The position numbers and the translations under genes are program-made. A stretch of DNA of 64,000 nucleotides from Bispira polyomma (lineage: Eukaryota). The notes under the pieces were generated by a model. It did no database searches. It had not been told where the DNA came from and worked only from the letters and a program-made list of their open reading frames with translations. Shown piece after piece: positions 25,401 to 38,020 of the stretch (position 1 is the stretch's first letter; every line of letters begins with the position of its first letter). The stretch lies in contig OZ287758.1 in assembly GCA_965649765.1 (NCBI GenBank), positions 19,034,001 through 19,098,000 on the forward strand. The letters are read 5' to 3'.

Positions 25401-28400
25401 TGACCTGCACACATTGATCCAGGCTGTCCCTTTTTTGTTTGGTGCTTCTAGTTGGTGGAGAATTTTATTAGTAATGGTAACAGGGATACCTTCACATACA
25501 GTTAGACTAACAGAAGTTACTTTATTGACAGCGCCCGAAGGTCGCAGTAGCCTAGTGGTTAGCAAGCATTGCGCTTAACAATCACTGGTCTCTCACCTCT
25601 GGGATCAGCTGGCGTTGGTTCGACTCCCGCTGATGCCTATGTGGGAAAGGTGGTAGTTTCTTACTCTGGGTCACTTGTTTCAGTGCAGAACCTTGATCAA
25701 CTCTATGCAGTGTTTCCTCCGGCGTTTCAAGCTACCCGTCTAATATAACCTAAACAGGTACAAAAGTGGATGTTAAATATCCCAATTTAAATTCAAAATT
25801 CATTGACGGCGCCCTTGTTAACCTTGTTTTTGTAAACCTGAAGAAAACTAATAAAATTTGTTTAATCATACGGCATTGTAAGAGACTTGTAAAATAAATA
25901 AAAATGAAATGTAAGAAAAAAACGATGTGTTAAAATTGTGAACTTTATATACACAATAATGGCACCAATTAAAGGCAGCATCAGCTTTTATACTTTCCTC
26001 TGTGACTTTTTATGACCCAGTTCGCCTGGTACCAGACCTGATAGCTGTGTCGCCTAAGTGTCTTGATTAATTTCCCTCCTTAGTTTTACATATATTATTT
26101 GACAGAATTTTTGGCAGCCTTTCTTTATCATTAATAGTGTTATAAAAATTTGTTTAATTACTGTTTAAACTGTTTGACTAAAATTGCAATTTGTGACACA
26201 GTGCTCAACTATTTCTTTTCAGGATTGGTCGTTGTCCCTGGAGCAGCAGGTGGCCAAATAGTTGGAGGTCTAATCCCTAAGGTAATCCAAACTGTGACAA
26301 ATTTAAAACTAAATGGTTAAAATATAGAATATTTGTAACATATGCAGAAACGTGGGTAAGCTGACAAGGATTAATAATTCATCAGTTATGCAGGACAAAA
26401 TATGTCTTAATTATCAGCTTTAGACATTGTCACAGGTGCTTGGTTTACAAATGCGAGGTCTAGTGATGCAGTCCCTGATATGCAGTGTTTTAGCAATTGG
26501 ACTATCGTTTGAGTTTCTATTGAGGTGTGACACTATTCCAATAGCTGGGGTGACAGTGCCTTATTTTAATGAGTAAGTATTATGCTACAGTACAAAGTTT
26601 CACAAGTTATGCTAATGAGAATGTAGATGTATTACTCTTCATTACTCGATGCTAATTTACTAAACCAGTCCAAAATTCTAGCTATAGTATTTAAGTAAAT
26701 GTAAAATTTCAGTTCAATTTCTGAGTTGGATGTTGTTCATGGTTGCAATGCTGCCTGTAATTGTACCACAGAGAGCTATGACCCAGTGTGTGGTAGTGAC
26801 GACATAGAGTATTTTACACCCTGTCATGGGGGATGTACACAGACCTGGGAACAGAATGATGATGTGGTGAGTAAGCATAGACCTAGTATTTATACATAGA
26901 TTATTACAGTATTTATGATATTCTCTGTTACAGTAAAATATTGTTGAATGATTATACGTTATTAGAAAAATATTTTATGGCTAAACTATACAAAGTTAAT
27001 AGAAACTGAACATGAAAGTCAATAATTTATGTGTTTAATAATTATACACACCAGGTTTATACCAACTGCAGCTGCATTGGACAGTCCAGTGCTATCCAAC
27101 AGTCCTCTGGATTTGCTCAATCAGGAATCTGTGACAGTGACTGTAATATCTTTGGGATATTTCTAGCATTCTTCTTTTTCCTGTGTCTTGTCACATTTAT
27201 TTCCGCAACATCGGGTCAAGCTGCAACTATAAGGTATAAATTCTGGAGAAACTAATTGACATTCGAAACTTGCTTATGGTAGTCAGACTAGGTATCTAAA
27301 AGAATTTGGTTGTATTGTAAATGTAAAAGTAAAGCCATCCTGTATGTATGTACATGAATTACTACTAATATTAAGTTTAAATGATTTCAGATGTGTTCCA
27401 GATAAACAAAGAGCGTTTGCTTTTGGAATTCAGAGGACAATCGTTAGACTGTGTGGTAAAAGAGCTTTATTTTACTCAAATGACTGCTAATTTTAAATTA
27501 AAATTATGTCCAAATACCAAGCATAATGTTACTGCTATAATCTTTATCATATAGACATTTGACTGAGAAGTACTTTTTTGTAACTGTTATAAAATTTCAT
27601 CATATTGGCATTTGACTGAGAAGTGCTTTTCTGTTGCTTTCAGAAAACATGTAAAACTGGACAAACCTAGACTAAAATGTAGAACTCAAGTTAACAGTTG
27701 AACAATCTTTTGGAACCAGAAATTGCCAACATTCTTTATCTTGAATTAACCTGCCAGGCTGTTTGATTTCAAGGAAGAGAAAACTAATCATTGTAGTATG
27801 ACTTCCTTAAATATTTAAAAATATGATATTTTAAGAGTAGGATTGATCGAAATGTAAAACATTTTGCAGAGGTTTTTGAATGAAATTACCTGGATAGAAA
27901 AGACTTGTGACCCTATTCACAAATATTCTAAGTTTAATTCTGGTCTTAAAAACTATTTTATAAATGTTGCTTTGAATTCTTTATTTTATGGAAAACTATC
28001 ATAAAGGTTTTTTGCTTTTTATTAAAAAAATACATAAAAATACCTCAAAACTAAAAAATGCTGACAAGCTATCATTTTTTCCGAAAAATGCTTCAAACTA
28101 TCAACTGGAATGCTATTTTGTTTTGTTTTTTGTGGTTATTAATAATCACTTGCTTATCACAAAACGTAATTTTGATAACATAATAACACTAATTTGTTTC
28201 AAATTGCCCGAGACATTTTCTTGATAAATCCATTCCCAAACTGTATTTTTAACATTTTTTAACAAGGAAAACACTGTGTTCAACAAAAATTCATAAAAAA
28301 AGGTTATAATATGCAATGAAAGTGACACAGATTTGAACTATGTAGTAACAGTATGCTATATTTCTGTTCAAACTAACATTAAAGAGACAACAATGTTCTC

Positions 28401-28747
28401 GGTAGTATTTTTTCTTTATAATATTACCATCCAGTTTTATTGCAGGTAATGTTCCTGGTGCCATTGCAATTGGCGCAGTTTTTGATACAGCCTGTATCTT
28501 AATGCAAGAAAAATGTGACGGCAGTGGATCCTGCTGGATTTATGATACAGAGTTCATCTCGAGAGGAATAGTATGGACTGGTGTGATCGTGAAAAGCATC
28601 TCTAGCCTCTGTTTTCTGATCACATATATAATATACAGGTCATCCCCTACTACAGAAGAGCAGATAACAGTAGATGTTTTGCAAGAAGAAATACCCATTG
28701 GAGACTTTGTTTATGTTAATGATACAACATCTAAAACACATATATGA
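14415..28747 (+). CDS. SLCO: Organic anion transporting polypeptide (OATP/SLCO family, SLCO4-like), 13 coding exons, 666 aa
   Basis: Exons 14415-14595, 16619-16729, 16918-17088, 17263-17424, 17611-17707, 17938-18059, 18371-18631, 26223-26281, 26436-26572, 26713-26866, 27055-27233, 27391-27455 and 28446-28747. All introns are GT-AG with matching phases, total 2001 nt, no internal stop. OATP signature DPRWVGAWWIG, Kazal-like CNAACNC..YDPVCG..YFTPCHGGC, GSCWIYD. Subfamily not certain. Confidence 0.92.
14526..14796 (+). repeat. 3 x 91-bp tandem repeat spanning the OATP exon-1 splice donor
   Basis: Units start GACTGG at 14526, 14617 and 14708. Confidence 0.95.
16619..16729 (+). CDS. OATP exon 2
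   Basis: tttcag|GFVVNGIVYTNFTSWERRYGFSSTQLAWVASSYDLAA|gtaatg. Confidence 0.9.
16918..17088 (+). CDS. OATP exon 3
   Basis: ttccag|ALFTITFGYIG..GSFIMSLPHFISG..CDLH|gtaaga. Confidence 0.9.
17263..17424 (+). CDS. OATP exon 4
   Basis: ttttag|DNQTE..AQCFHGIGG..PYMDD..PLYI|gtatga. Confidence 0.9.
   Translation: MTRLRSHVENQTILTTASLLSPSVFMVLVGQLYTHWQFLIWMIRSRPKIHHST
17611..17707 (+). CDS. OATP exon 5
   Basis: tttcag|GIMQGFAALGPALGFILGGLFINIYVD..|gttggt. Confidence 0.85.
17938..18059 (+). CDS. OATP exon 6 (family signature)
   Basis: tcttag|..DPRWVGAWWIGLL..FPKELP|gtatga. Confidence 0.92.
18371..18631 (+). CDS. OATP exon 7
   Basis: gttcag|..GFATFLPKIMQFQF..AAFA|gtaagt. Confidence 0.9.
19770..20880 (+). 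pseudogene. Harbinger DDE transposase, frameshifted
   Basis: YYNYKGFFSIIL, WVDVGSKGCCSDAQVF, FNYRLSRAKRIVQNAF..RFR, QRLYLNDYYNS..VSW. Confidence 0.88.
20827..21167 (+). repeat. 3 x 114-bp tandem repeat over the transposase C-terminus
   Basis: Units start GGCTGTACC at 20827, 20941 and 21055. Confidence 0.95.
21830..22560 (-). pseudogene. Harbinger MADF/Myb-like partner gene remnant
   Basis: Minus strand reads KKSS..LTDQDKYI..EFLAKHI, then a gtaag donor and a Q-rich exon; convergent with the transposase. Confidence 0.55.
23705..24032. mobile_element. Tourist/Harbinger-type MITE
   Basis: 19-bp TIR AGGGGCGAATAGACATGGC / GCCATGTCTATTTGCCCTT (17/19), TAA on both flanks. Confidence 0.8.
24455..24572. 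repeat. Small palindromic (hairpin) non-autonomous element
   Basis: Nested IRs TAGAAATAAA / TTTATTTCTA and TACTTTATTGGCGAATA / TATTCGCCAATAAAGTA. Confidence 0.65.
25537..25801 (+). mobile_element. tRNA-derived SINE copy 2
   Basis: Same family as 8685-8941; 13-bp TSD ATTGAC(A/G)GCGCCC (25524-25536 / 25802-25814). Confidence 0.9.
26223..26281 (+). CDS. OATP exon 8
   Basis: ttttcag|GLVVVPGAAGGQIVGGLIPK|gtaatc. Confidence 0.88.
26436..26572 (+). CDS. OATP exon 9
   Basis: cacag|VLGLQ..CDTIPIAGVTVPYFN|gtaagt. Confidence 0.88.
26713..26866 (+). CDS. OATP exon 10 (Kazal-like domain)
   Basis: tttcag|..CNAACNCTTESYDPVCGSDDIEYFTPCHGGC..|gtgagt. Confidence 0.9.
27055..27233 (+). CDS. OATP exon 11
   Basis: accag|VYTNCSCI..GICDSDC..ATIR|gtataa. 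Confidence 0.9.
27391..27455 (+). CDS. OATP exon 12
   Basis: tttcag|RCVPDKQRAFAFGIQRTIVRLC|gtaaaa. Confidence 0.9.
28446..28747 (+). CDS. OATP exon 13 (terminal)
   Basis: tgcag|GNVPGAIAIGAVFDTACI..CDGSGSCWIYD..stop; AATAAA at about 29061 and 29287. Confidence 0.9.
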
Positions 28748-29399
28748 TTTAAAATAGCTGTAGTAAAACACATATACGATTTAAAAAACTGTAGTATAGC
28801 ATATAAGTTGAGTGAAAGCTGGAAAAATTGCATAAAACCATAAAGAAAAATCATTATACTTCACATGCTTCACAAAACTAGTATTTTCTTTTACTATTGA
28901 ATAAGGCTTGATTTCGTAAAGCTTTTAAAATTATGATTGATCTTAGTCAAATTTTTCACATTTTGTCGGCTATTTTAAATCCAAGCATAAAATTACACAT
29001 GGACCCTTGACCACTTAATGTTGATCTTTGAACATTCAACAAAATTAATTAAATGCACGAAATAAAAATGAAATAACTGTTTCTTCACAATTATTAAGCC
29101 TTAAAGCATTAATTGTATCAGCTTTTTCAATTCCAAATAACATTAAGTTTTACTTATAAGATTAATTTAAGGATTTATTCTACAATTTAGTATTATATAC
29201 AGGTAATATACTGTAAATTTACTAAACTCACACCTGTGGGTGTCTTGGTCGAGGATTATATACTAATGTACAGATTCTTGTAAAAAATAAATAAAATATA
29301 TTAATATGATTCTCTGATGTTGCTATCTTTAAAGTCTGTAACATTCTGTTAAAACACACCTTTGTACATGTAACAACTCTCCTAACAGATATTTAACTA

Positions 29400-30380
29400 T
29401 AAGGCAGGATCCTGATACAGTAGCCACTATTGTCCTGGCCTGTTGTACCCTGTACAATCTAATAAGGATACCCAGTAACCCATGCAATAGGGCAATTATA
29501 TGTGGAGATGGTGGATGGCATTACCTGACATTGGCCAACAAGACAGAGTAGGGGCTACAGATGCAGCCAAGTTGTAGCAACAGATGCAGCCAAGTTGTAG
29601 CAACAGTACCTGACAGGTTATGTGAACTATGCTGTGGGTTTAGTACGTTGGGAGGACCAGATGATTTGCTGTCATGTAATTCAAAGGGCCAATTCAAATA
29701 ATCGGCCCTTTTCAATCAAATCATCCCAAAACAGTTACTCAGTGCTTATTTGTAACCTCTTGGACATTACTCTTTACACCTTTCCCAAAAACAAAAACAA
29801 GCAATTACAAGGTGAAGTCCCTTAAATGTTCACTTAAATGTTCACTTAAATGTTTACATGATTGTCACTGTTGTCCCTCCTCCTCCCCGTCCTGAGGGTT
29901 TGTCACTGTCTAGGGGGAGGTGTGGCCATGTTCGATAGGAAGGCATTGTAATGAAACTCCCCCAGCACAGACAGTATGCTGTTCTCATATAAAGAGAAGA
30001 AAGGATTGTCCCTGTAGCAGCACCACCAGCTGCAGTTACAGAGGTGGTGCTGGTTGTGGCCCTCGAAGACAATTTCTGGTACTGGGGATGCTCTGTGTCT
30101 TTCTGTGTGTACCTGTTATGCGAAGGCACCTGTTATTGCGAGGGCACCTGTTATTGCGAAGGCATCTGTTGTTTGCGAAGGCATCTGTTGTTGCAATGGC
30201 AACTTTTGTTGTAACATCTATAACTATTGGTGGTGTTGTGCCATATGTTGGTGCTTCAGCTTGGGAGGCCCAGAGACACCTCTTTTTCTGGATATCTTTG
30301 TAATATTTTAATCCTTTCCTGTAGAATTCTCCTGCAGGGAATTGGCCATGGAGTCTTCAGTCGCATCATTTAAATCCTTG
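29400..30380 (+). mobile_element. Harbinger fragment (transposase C-terminus on +, Q-rich partner remnant on -)
   Basis: QDPDTVATIVLACCTLYNLIR and YLTGYVNYAVGLVRWEDQMI at 29400-29670; 18-bp coding-type repeats at about 30108-30195. Confidence 0.65.
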
Positions 30381-31969
30381 ACCACTGAAAAACCAACAAC
30401 GAAATGAATGAGTGTAACAATATTGGACCTCTTTTTTGGTAAAAGTCAGAATGCACTGTAAATGTGTAGCATATGCAATCATCAGCAATAAACATACTCT
30501 GATTTTAATGTGAAGGTGTGACATAAGCATAGAAGGTATTGAGTAACTACTTCAATGGCAATAGGTATGTCACAATAAAGAGATGTGCCACAAATCAAAT
30601 ATTTGACTTTGATGTTTGTATAAGATACCTTTGTTTGCATTATTTAAATAAACAATCGCAATGTGGTATGCGCCGGTACACACAGCAATCGCTGTTAAAA
30701 AGCTTGAGTTTTTCAAACCGTTCGCTGTAGTTATTCCACACGTACATAAGGATCGCATTACCTTCCCAGTAAAATCCTACTGCGTTCATCCTATATGACT
30801 GTAATATCACCTGCTGTGCAGCAAGTATTGTGAAGATTTAGAAAAGAACTAAACTTCTGCAATGGCCCTAGCATTGATAGCTTTTTTGTGATTTCAGACG
30901 GAAATCCCTGTGCTTACTCAGAACTCATAGGTTCTGTGCTCACTTTGAATGATTGCTATGTGACTGGCTAATCCCAGCAAACACAACGGCATCATTTTTT
31001 ATAACACGCATAAATGATAGGCCCGCATTAGTTTCTGCTGGGCAACTTTTAACTTGCATTTTAACCTGAACATTTTTTTAGTATACCTATGCACCAGAGC
31101 CTTTTAAATTGTTAAAAATGAGTTGTTTTACATTGTCGTAATTGCGTTTTTGCTTTGTCACCGCAATTAAAAATTATGATGTCATTGCTGTCAGTTATGT
31201 ATATCATTCCCTGACAAATTAATGTCCCATGTTTATAGCCCATCATAAGGGACAGGTCAAGAAATGTCCGTCTTCCCACTATCAAGTCTACAGTGTTTTA
31301 AGGGTGCGGGTAATATATGCCACTGTCCACTATTAGACGACGATTACCACATGGTTTTGGCCTAGTCATAACTGATGAATAGTAAATGTCCTTAAGGGGT
31401 AGTGTCTTTACTGGGATGGCTATGTTGTCCACTGCCCCTGTAGATTCTTAGGTTGATGTGTGGTTTTTGATGTGTTTATTAACTTTAAGTCATTAAAGTT
31501 AACACAAAGGGAAAACCCAAAAGTATTTAGGTAGTGATATGTCAGGGTCCCCTTTTAACACCACCCGTCAACCAGCAATATATACTTTAGAGGGGACCAC
31601 CACTCTATCTTCTTATACCCCTGTTCCACTATGCCGGACATAGCCCCTGTTCATTAAATTTTAAGATTGAGGCAATCATCTAGGAGGTTGGGGGCTTCTA
31701 ATGACTTTCCAATTGGGCAGGTCGCAGAGGGGGGGAATATGGGTGGCACGAGTGGCTCAGGGTTAATCGGGGCCAAACATAACCCACTTATCGTTACCTT
31801 CTAAAGACCTATCTTAGGGGGGGGCATTACGAGATAGGGGGCCATTACGAGTTATCTTTTTACCCCCTGAGTTATCGTGTCATATGTCAAAGATATATCC
31901 TTAGTTTTTTCCAGGATTGAAAAGATAACTCAGGGGAAACAAAAGCTAAGTAGTTAAGGACCAGGAAGA

Positions 31970-33000
31970 GGATGATATAGCATGTGGAGGTGCAGGATGG
32001 GGAGAACCGACAATTTAATGTGGTAATGTCTGTTGTCATCCCAGAAACACAGCTTTCTCGGCGTTCCCAGACCCTGGTGTTTGAGGAGCAGGCAACCCTT
32101 ATGTGAGATTGACAGAGCTGGGGATGGAGAGGTAACTTCCATATTAAGGAAACAGAAATACGGAAAGATGTGTACGGTATGTTTAGTGACGCAGAGGAGG
32201 AGGCACTGGTGGACTTTTTGTGGGACCATGAATTGCTATACAACAAGAGAGATAAAAAATACAAGGACACACAGGCTAAAGACATGTTGTGACTGGGGTT
32301 CTGCTCAGGCAAGGGATTTGACATGAAAGAAGTGAAGAATTGGTTTCAATCACAGAGAACTATCTACAGCAAGCTGAGCATCATGAAATCCAGCCAGGCA
32401 CCACCTGAATTGACAGAGAGGCAGCACTGCGTCAAGAACTTTTTAAAACCTCACATCATACAACATGTCTCGAGTACAGCTGACTTCAGACCCATCACAT
32501 CCGCTTGTTTTTCCATGACTCCAGGAGAATCCTCTCAGTGTTCCTTGCTGATAGAATTCCCTAGGACCATGTACATGTACCAGCAATCCCAGCAACGACT
32601 GCTACAACCTATTCAACCCTCACCTGTCAGAGAGCAGTCAACCGTCTAGGTGCCACACACACCAGCATCTAATTTAATATCTGGAAGCACCGTAGCCAGC
32701 ATCAGCCACCAGTATACAAACCCATCGTCAATGAAAGGAGTATCAGACCTACTGAATGCCTCGACAGCCTTAATTCTCTTCAGAGGTTTTAAGTCAGTTA
32801 CTGACAATCCCAGCTACCAGAACACTGCTGAGGCGTTCGCACCTTCTAATCCAGATCCACAGCAAAGGGATTCCACCCTGAACACTCCAAACAAAGACCT
32901 CCCAAGTACCAAGACACGAGCTAGCACTATGACCACCAATGTGTAGATGCCAGCCTCTCCTCATCCTGCTCCTCCTCCTTCATCAGTCTCAGTGGGGACT
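31970..33000 (+). pseudogene. Harbinger-type MADF domain gene remnant
   Basis: LSDAEEEALVDFL..ELLYNKRDKKYKD..KNWFQSQRTIYSKL..KSSQAPPELTERQ..FLKPHI across frameshifts. Confidence 0.7.
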
Positions 33001-33181
33001 AAGACCAAAAGGCCCCAAAACATCCAAAATCAATTTCTGAGCTGTTGTTGAAAAATCCCATAAAACCCCTCTTAACAAGAAGCATACTTATTATATTGTT
33101 ATTACAAAAATTTTGATCTGTATCAGTCGTTCCGTCGGCCGACTTGTCTTAGTTTCCAACAACTGAATCGAAACACCCTTA

Positions 33182-33436
33182 GGGGGCCGCGGTGGCCTGG
33201 TGGTTAGCAAGCATTGCGCTTCACAATAACTGGTCTCTTACCTCTGGGTGTCGTGAGTTTGACTCCTGTTGATGCATATGTGGGAAAGGTGGTAGTTCCT
33301 TACTGTGGTCCGCTGGTTTCAGTGCAGAACCTTGATCAACTGTATGCAGTGATTCCTCCAGCATTTCCAACTACTCGTCCCAATATAACCTAAACAGGTA
33401 CTAGAGTGGACGTTAAATATCCCAATTCAAATTTGT
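33182..33436 (+). mobile_element. tRNA-derived SINE copy 3
   Basis: A box TGGCCTGGTGG, B box GTTTGACTCC; 10-bp TSD AACACCCTTA (33172-33181 / 33437-33446). Confidence 0.9.
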
Positions 33437-33992
33437 AACACCCTTACAACATATATTTTGGATCGCAAGAAGTTATAACGACTTATCTTTACCAATCAGG
33501 GAGGTCAGCAGGAATAAATGTGATTGTGAAGACAAATCGGACCGATTGATTGTAATGCTAATGATATATCGAGGCGGTCGTACAACTTATCTTGTCAGAA
33601 GAAAAAAATGTGATCCTGAAGATCATTTTGTTACATGAGCTTGTGTTTGTATAATTCCAGCTGGGGCTTTTCTAGGTTAACTCGTGCAGTTTTATTTAGC
33701 TTCCCCGTACTTTTATTAATTTTGTATATACTATTTTCCATATATTTGGTTTATGCTATTTTAGTGCTATTTGCAGGACTACTTTCTACACCTACACGTC
33801 CACTTTTATTTGGCCCAAGGCACCCAGAAGTTGCTTTACAATTATGGGGCGATATATATTTCTGTGTGTGTAGAGAAAAAAGGCAACAGGGGAAAAATTT
33901 GCTCTCTAATTAATGTGTGTTTTATAGTAGTTTTGTGTGTTTTTGAATATTAAAAACCAAATAATATACAAGTTAAAATACTACAGATACTA

Positions 33993-34865
33993 TTGGTATT
34001 ACAATCTTGGATAAAAATGTTGTATTTGTTTCAAAAAAGTAAAAGGAAAATTTCAGTGGAATCTCCAAAAGAAGGACAGAAAGAAGGGAAACAAAATAAG
34101 ATGGCCACTTCCCCAGGCCAGGAAAGCATTCATGCACAACAAGAAGGTATAATAATTGGTTCACTTCACATTATAATGGAGGAAATTAAAGCCATTAAAG
34201 AAGGACAACAATTAATGGCAAGGCAAATATCCGAACAGATTGACAATAAAATAAACACTCTGAGAGATGAACTGAAAAGTGAAATTTCAACAAGGATTGA
34301 CCACTCGGAAACGTGCATGCGTAGTAAATGTATATTGCTGACAAACACAATAGACAAATTGACAGCAAAAGTGGGACAACAGGCACTAGAAATAGACCAA
34401 TTAAAGAGGTGTGAATCAACAAAGGAGGTAGACCCATTAAAAGACATTGACCTGACGGTGGTTGTGACAGGATTGCCATTGTACCCACAAGAGGACCCTG
34501 TATTATTAGCACAGGACTTGGTTAACAAACTTGGCACAGATCAGAACAATGTCCCAATTAGACAGCAAGTGAAGGTTATCAAGGCAGCTAGACTACCTAA
34601 TCAAAACACCAGAAAACCCCTATTGATGAAAGTGTGTTTTCAAACACTGGAAGAGAAAAAGCTTGTCCTGTTAAATAAAAAGAACCTACAAAATACTTGT
34701 TACAGCAAAAGTTACATTAGAAGTAGCAAATCGCATGAAACAAGGTTAATTGAATACAACACCCGTACTATCTTGCAAAATACCCCTCTAGGTAAAGATT
34801 TCAGAATCAATGTTAATGGTCGGCTTCTACCTAAACAACTATTTCCCACCGCAAACTTCTTCTGA
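33993..34865 (+). CDS. LINE ORF1 (coiled coil + RRM-like)
   Basis: 290-aa frame with coiled coil, VVVTGLP, AARL..KPLLMKVCF..K..VL..K, YIRSS. Probable ATG at 34101. Confidence 0.7.
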   Translation: MVLQSWIKMLYLFQKSKRKISVESPKEGQKEGKQNKMATSPGQESIHAQQEGIIIGSLHIIMEEIKAIKEGQQLMARQISEQIDNKINTLRDELKSEISTRIDHSETCMRSKCILLTNTIDKLTAKVGQQALEIDQLKRCESTKEVDPLKDIDLTVVVTGLPLYPQEDPVLLAQDLVNKLGTDQNNVPIRQQVKVIKAARLPNQNTRKPLLMKVCFQTLEEKKLVLLNKKNLQNTCYSKSYIRSSKSHETRLIEYNTRTILQNTPLGKDFRINVNGRLLPKQLFPTANFF

Positions 34866-35079
34866 TGGATATCCATATGATCTCAATCAAACCCACAGGA
34901 AAGAAACATTCCAAACAGCAGCTGCAAGTCACTCAGCAACATTAAATCATGGCACAACCAATTCCTCGACAGTACAGGCAAATGTATCACAGATGTCACA
35001 GTCTGGATCCCGGTGTGATGACATCCCCACTACTGATCCACAATATGTGAAAACAATTTAGGACATTTTCCAGCCCATT

Positions 35080-38020
35080 AAAATTAGTCAATGGAATATT
35101 AATGGTTGGACAAAAGCAAACAGTGTTTTAAGGGAGACAGTAATATGTAACCTTAATTCTGACGTCTTCTGTTTATCAGAGACCCACTTAGGAGGAGCAG
35201 ATACAATTAGTGTACCAGGATATCTGTGGATTGGGAATAACAGGTCATCTATGTATACTCGTGCACCAAAGCCTTCAGGAGGAGTCGGAATACTACTTAA
35301 AGAACAATTACTGTGTCACTACAGTATTCAGGTATTAGATAAACAATATGATGGAATATTAGTGATTGAAATTAAGAATAAGTTTACTGAATTTTCTTGT
35401 GTGATATTTTCTTGCTATTTGTCCCCACAAAACTCTGTTTGGGGTAGAGAAGTATCTAATTATTTTGTTAATGTCTTGTCACTAATTTATACATGCTCAT
35501 TTGCTGACTGTATCATTCTATGTGGTGACTTTAATTCTCGATTAGGAAAACAGGTTGATTTTATTCCAGATGTGGATCATTTAAATGAAAGAGTTATTTT
35601 AGATGAAGTAAAAAACTCGCATGGTACTTCAATTTTAGAACTATTGAAAGAAGGCAAACTGTGTGTTTTAAATGGCTGTATAAGTCCAGAAAAAGATAAC
35701 TATACCTTTATTTCACTCAGAGGTAAATCAGTAGTGTATTATTTTATACTCCCACATGATTGTTTGCAATTTTGTTCTGATTTTTTTTGTCACAACTGTG
35801 AATGAAGTTCTAGATCAGTTTAATCTATATGTATATGTCTCTGACAAATGTAAAGCTCCTGACCATTCTATACTCAGTGGTCAATTCAATTTGTCATATG
35901 TGCATTTTGTTGATGGTAAGAATGATGTCAGTAATTCAAAATATGCAGATGTAAAAAATAGTAATAGTAAAAAATGTTATAAATTTGTTGATGTACCACA
36001 AAGTTTTATGAACACAGAGTTATGGAAAAAACCCACCATACTGCGTTTAATAGAAAACATTGAAGAAACAAACTCTTTACAAAAGGGTTTTGGATAAATG
36101 GAAAAATAATTTCTATAACTTATATAACAACACAGAAGATTCACCTCATGATACGCAGTTTTACAATCAGGTTATTCATCAGAAAAAAATTCTAGAAAAA
36201 AGTGGCTATTTTGATTTTGAAATTCCCAATGACCCATTAAACAAACCATTCTCTTATGATGAGATAGAAAAGGTCCTAAATAAACTTAAGGTTAAGAAAT
36301 CAGTTGGATGGGATGGTTTACCAAATGAAGTGTTAAAAGAAAAATCGGTGTCATTGTTACTGCTAAAATATCTTCAGAAATGCTTTAACACAGGATTAGT
36401 GCCGACACAGTGGTTAAAATCTGTGATTTGTCCCATTCCCAAAAATGCTAAAAAGGACCCATATGTGCAGTTACATTGCCGTGGTATCAGTTTGTTATGT
36501 TGTATGTCTAAAGTTTATTCATCTCTGATTAACAACGGAATAACTACATACTTATCAATGTCAGACCTATTGGTAGATGAGCAAAATGGATTCAGGCAAG
36601 GTCGTTCATGTGAAGAACATATTTTTACCCTCTCAAGTTTAATTCAAAACCAATTTTCATCATCAAAGCCAATATTTGCATCTTTTATTGATTTGGAAAA
36701 GGCTTTTGATTGGGTTGATAGAGATTTACTTATGTACAAGATACTTTGTTATGGAATTAATGGAAAAATTTATAATGCAATTATGTCACTCTATAATAAT
36801 ACATTATCTAGTGTAAGAATAAATAACCTAATGACAGATTGGTTTCCTGTATCTTCTGGGGTAAAACAAGGAGATACCCTTTCACCTACTTTGTTTGCTA
36901 TTTATATAAATGATCTTGCTAAGTTATTAAAGGAAACTAACATTGGCATAGATGTAAATGGTTATAAAGTATGCATTCTGTTATACGCAGATGATTTAGT
37001 TTTACTTGCTGAAGATGAGAAAGATTTACAAACTTTACTAAATATTACATATCATTGGTGTTGTCAATGGAAATTAAATATTAATATCGATAAATCTAAT
37101 GTTATCCAATTTAGGAAACCAAGGAAGAAAAAGTCAGATTTTCAATTTTATTATGGCAATATATGTCTGACATATGTTAAGGAGTACAAATACCTAGGAG
37201 TATATTTTGATGAGCATTTAACCTTCAAACACTGCATTAATGCATTATCAGATGCTGGAAGTAGGACACTGGGTGCATTGCTATCTAAACTAAAAACGTT
37301 AAAGGATGTAAGGTATAAAACCTATACATCTCTATTTAATTCCCAAATATGCTCAATACTGGACTATGGCTCTTCTGTTTGGGGTCATAAAACAGCTAAA
37401 GAATGTGATGATGTTCAAAATAAGGCAATAAGGCATTTTTTAGGTGTACATAAATTCACGTCTCATGTTGCAATAAATGGGGAAATGGGGTGGTATCCAA
37501 GTAGGTATAGACGATATGTATCTATGTTTAGACTTTGGAATAGACTTATAAAAACAAATAAAGACAGGTTGTTAAAAAAGATCTTTCTCTGGGATAACAA
37601 TAACTGTAAATCAAATTGGTCGGCAAATATGAAAAATTTATTTAATGTTCTAAATATGGCACAAGCATATACGTCTAAAGTCTTGGTCAACTTGAATGAT
37701 GTCAAACGCCTTGTTCAATTTTGTACGGGCGTTCTACCTTTAAGAATAGAAACAGGGAGATACAATTTGACTAAAGATGTAAATACTGGAAAGTTTTGAA
37801 AGCTATTCCCTGAAGAACGATTATGTCTTGTTTGTAACAGTAATGTAATTGAGGATGAAATACATTTTCTTTGTAACTGCCCTGCCTATAGCAAACCAAG
37901 AAATATTCTATATAATGTTATACAGAAAAGTGTTCCTTCTTTTTTAACTATTCCTGATACTGAAAAGTTTGAAACTATTGTAAAACACTTTGACAAGGCC
38001 CTAGCGAACTACCTTTAAAC
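35080..38020 (+). pseudogene. LINE ORF2 (APE + RT), frameshifted with internal deletions
   Basis: WNINGW, SETHL, SGGVG, GDFNSR, PDHS; RT DEQNGFR, FIDLEKAFD, GVKQGD, LLYADD, YKYLG. Confidence 0.9.

Noticed and set aside
33182-33270. tRNA gene
   Set aside because: The A/B boxes belong to the SINE head; it is followed by the SINE core and tail and flanked by a TSD.
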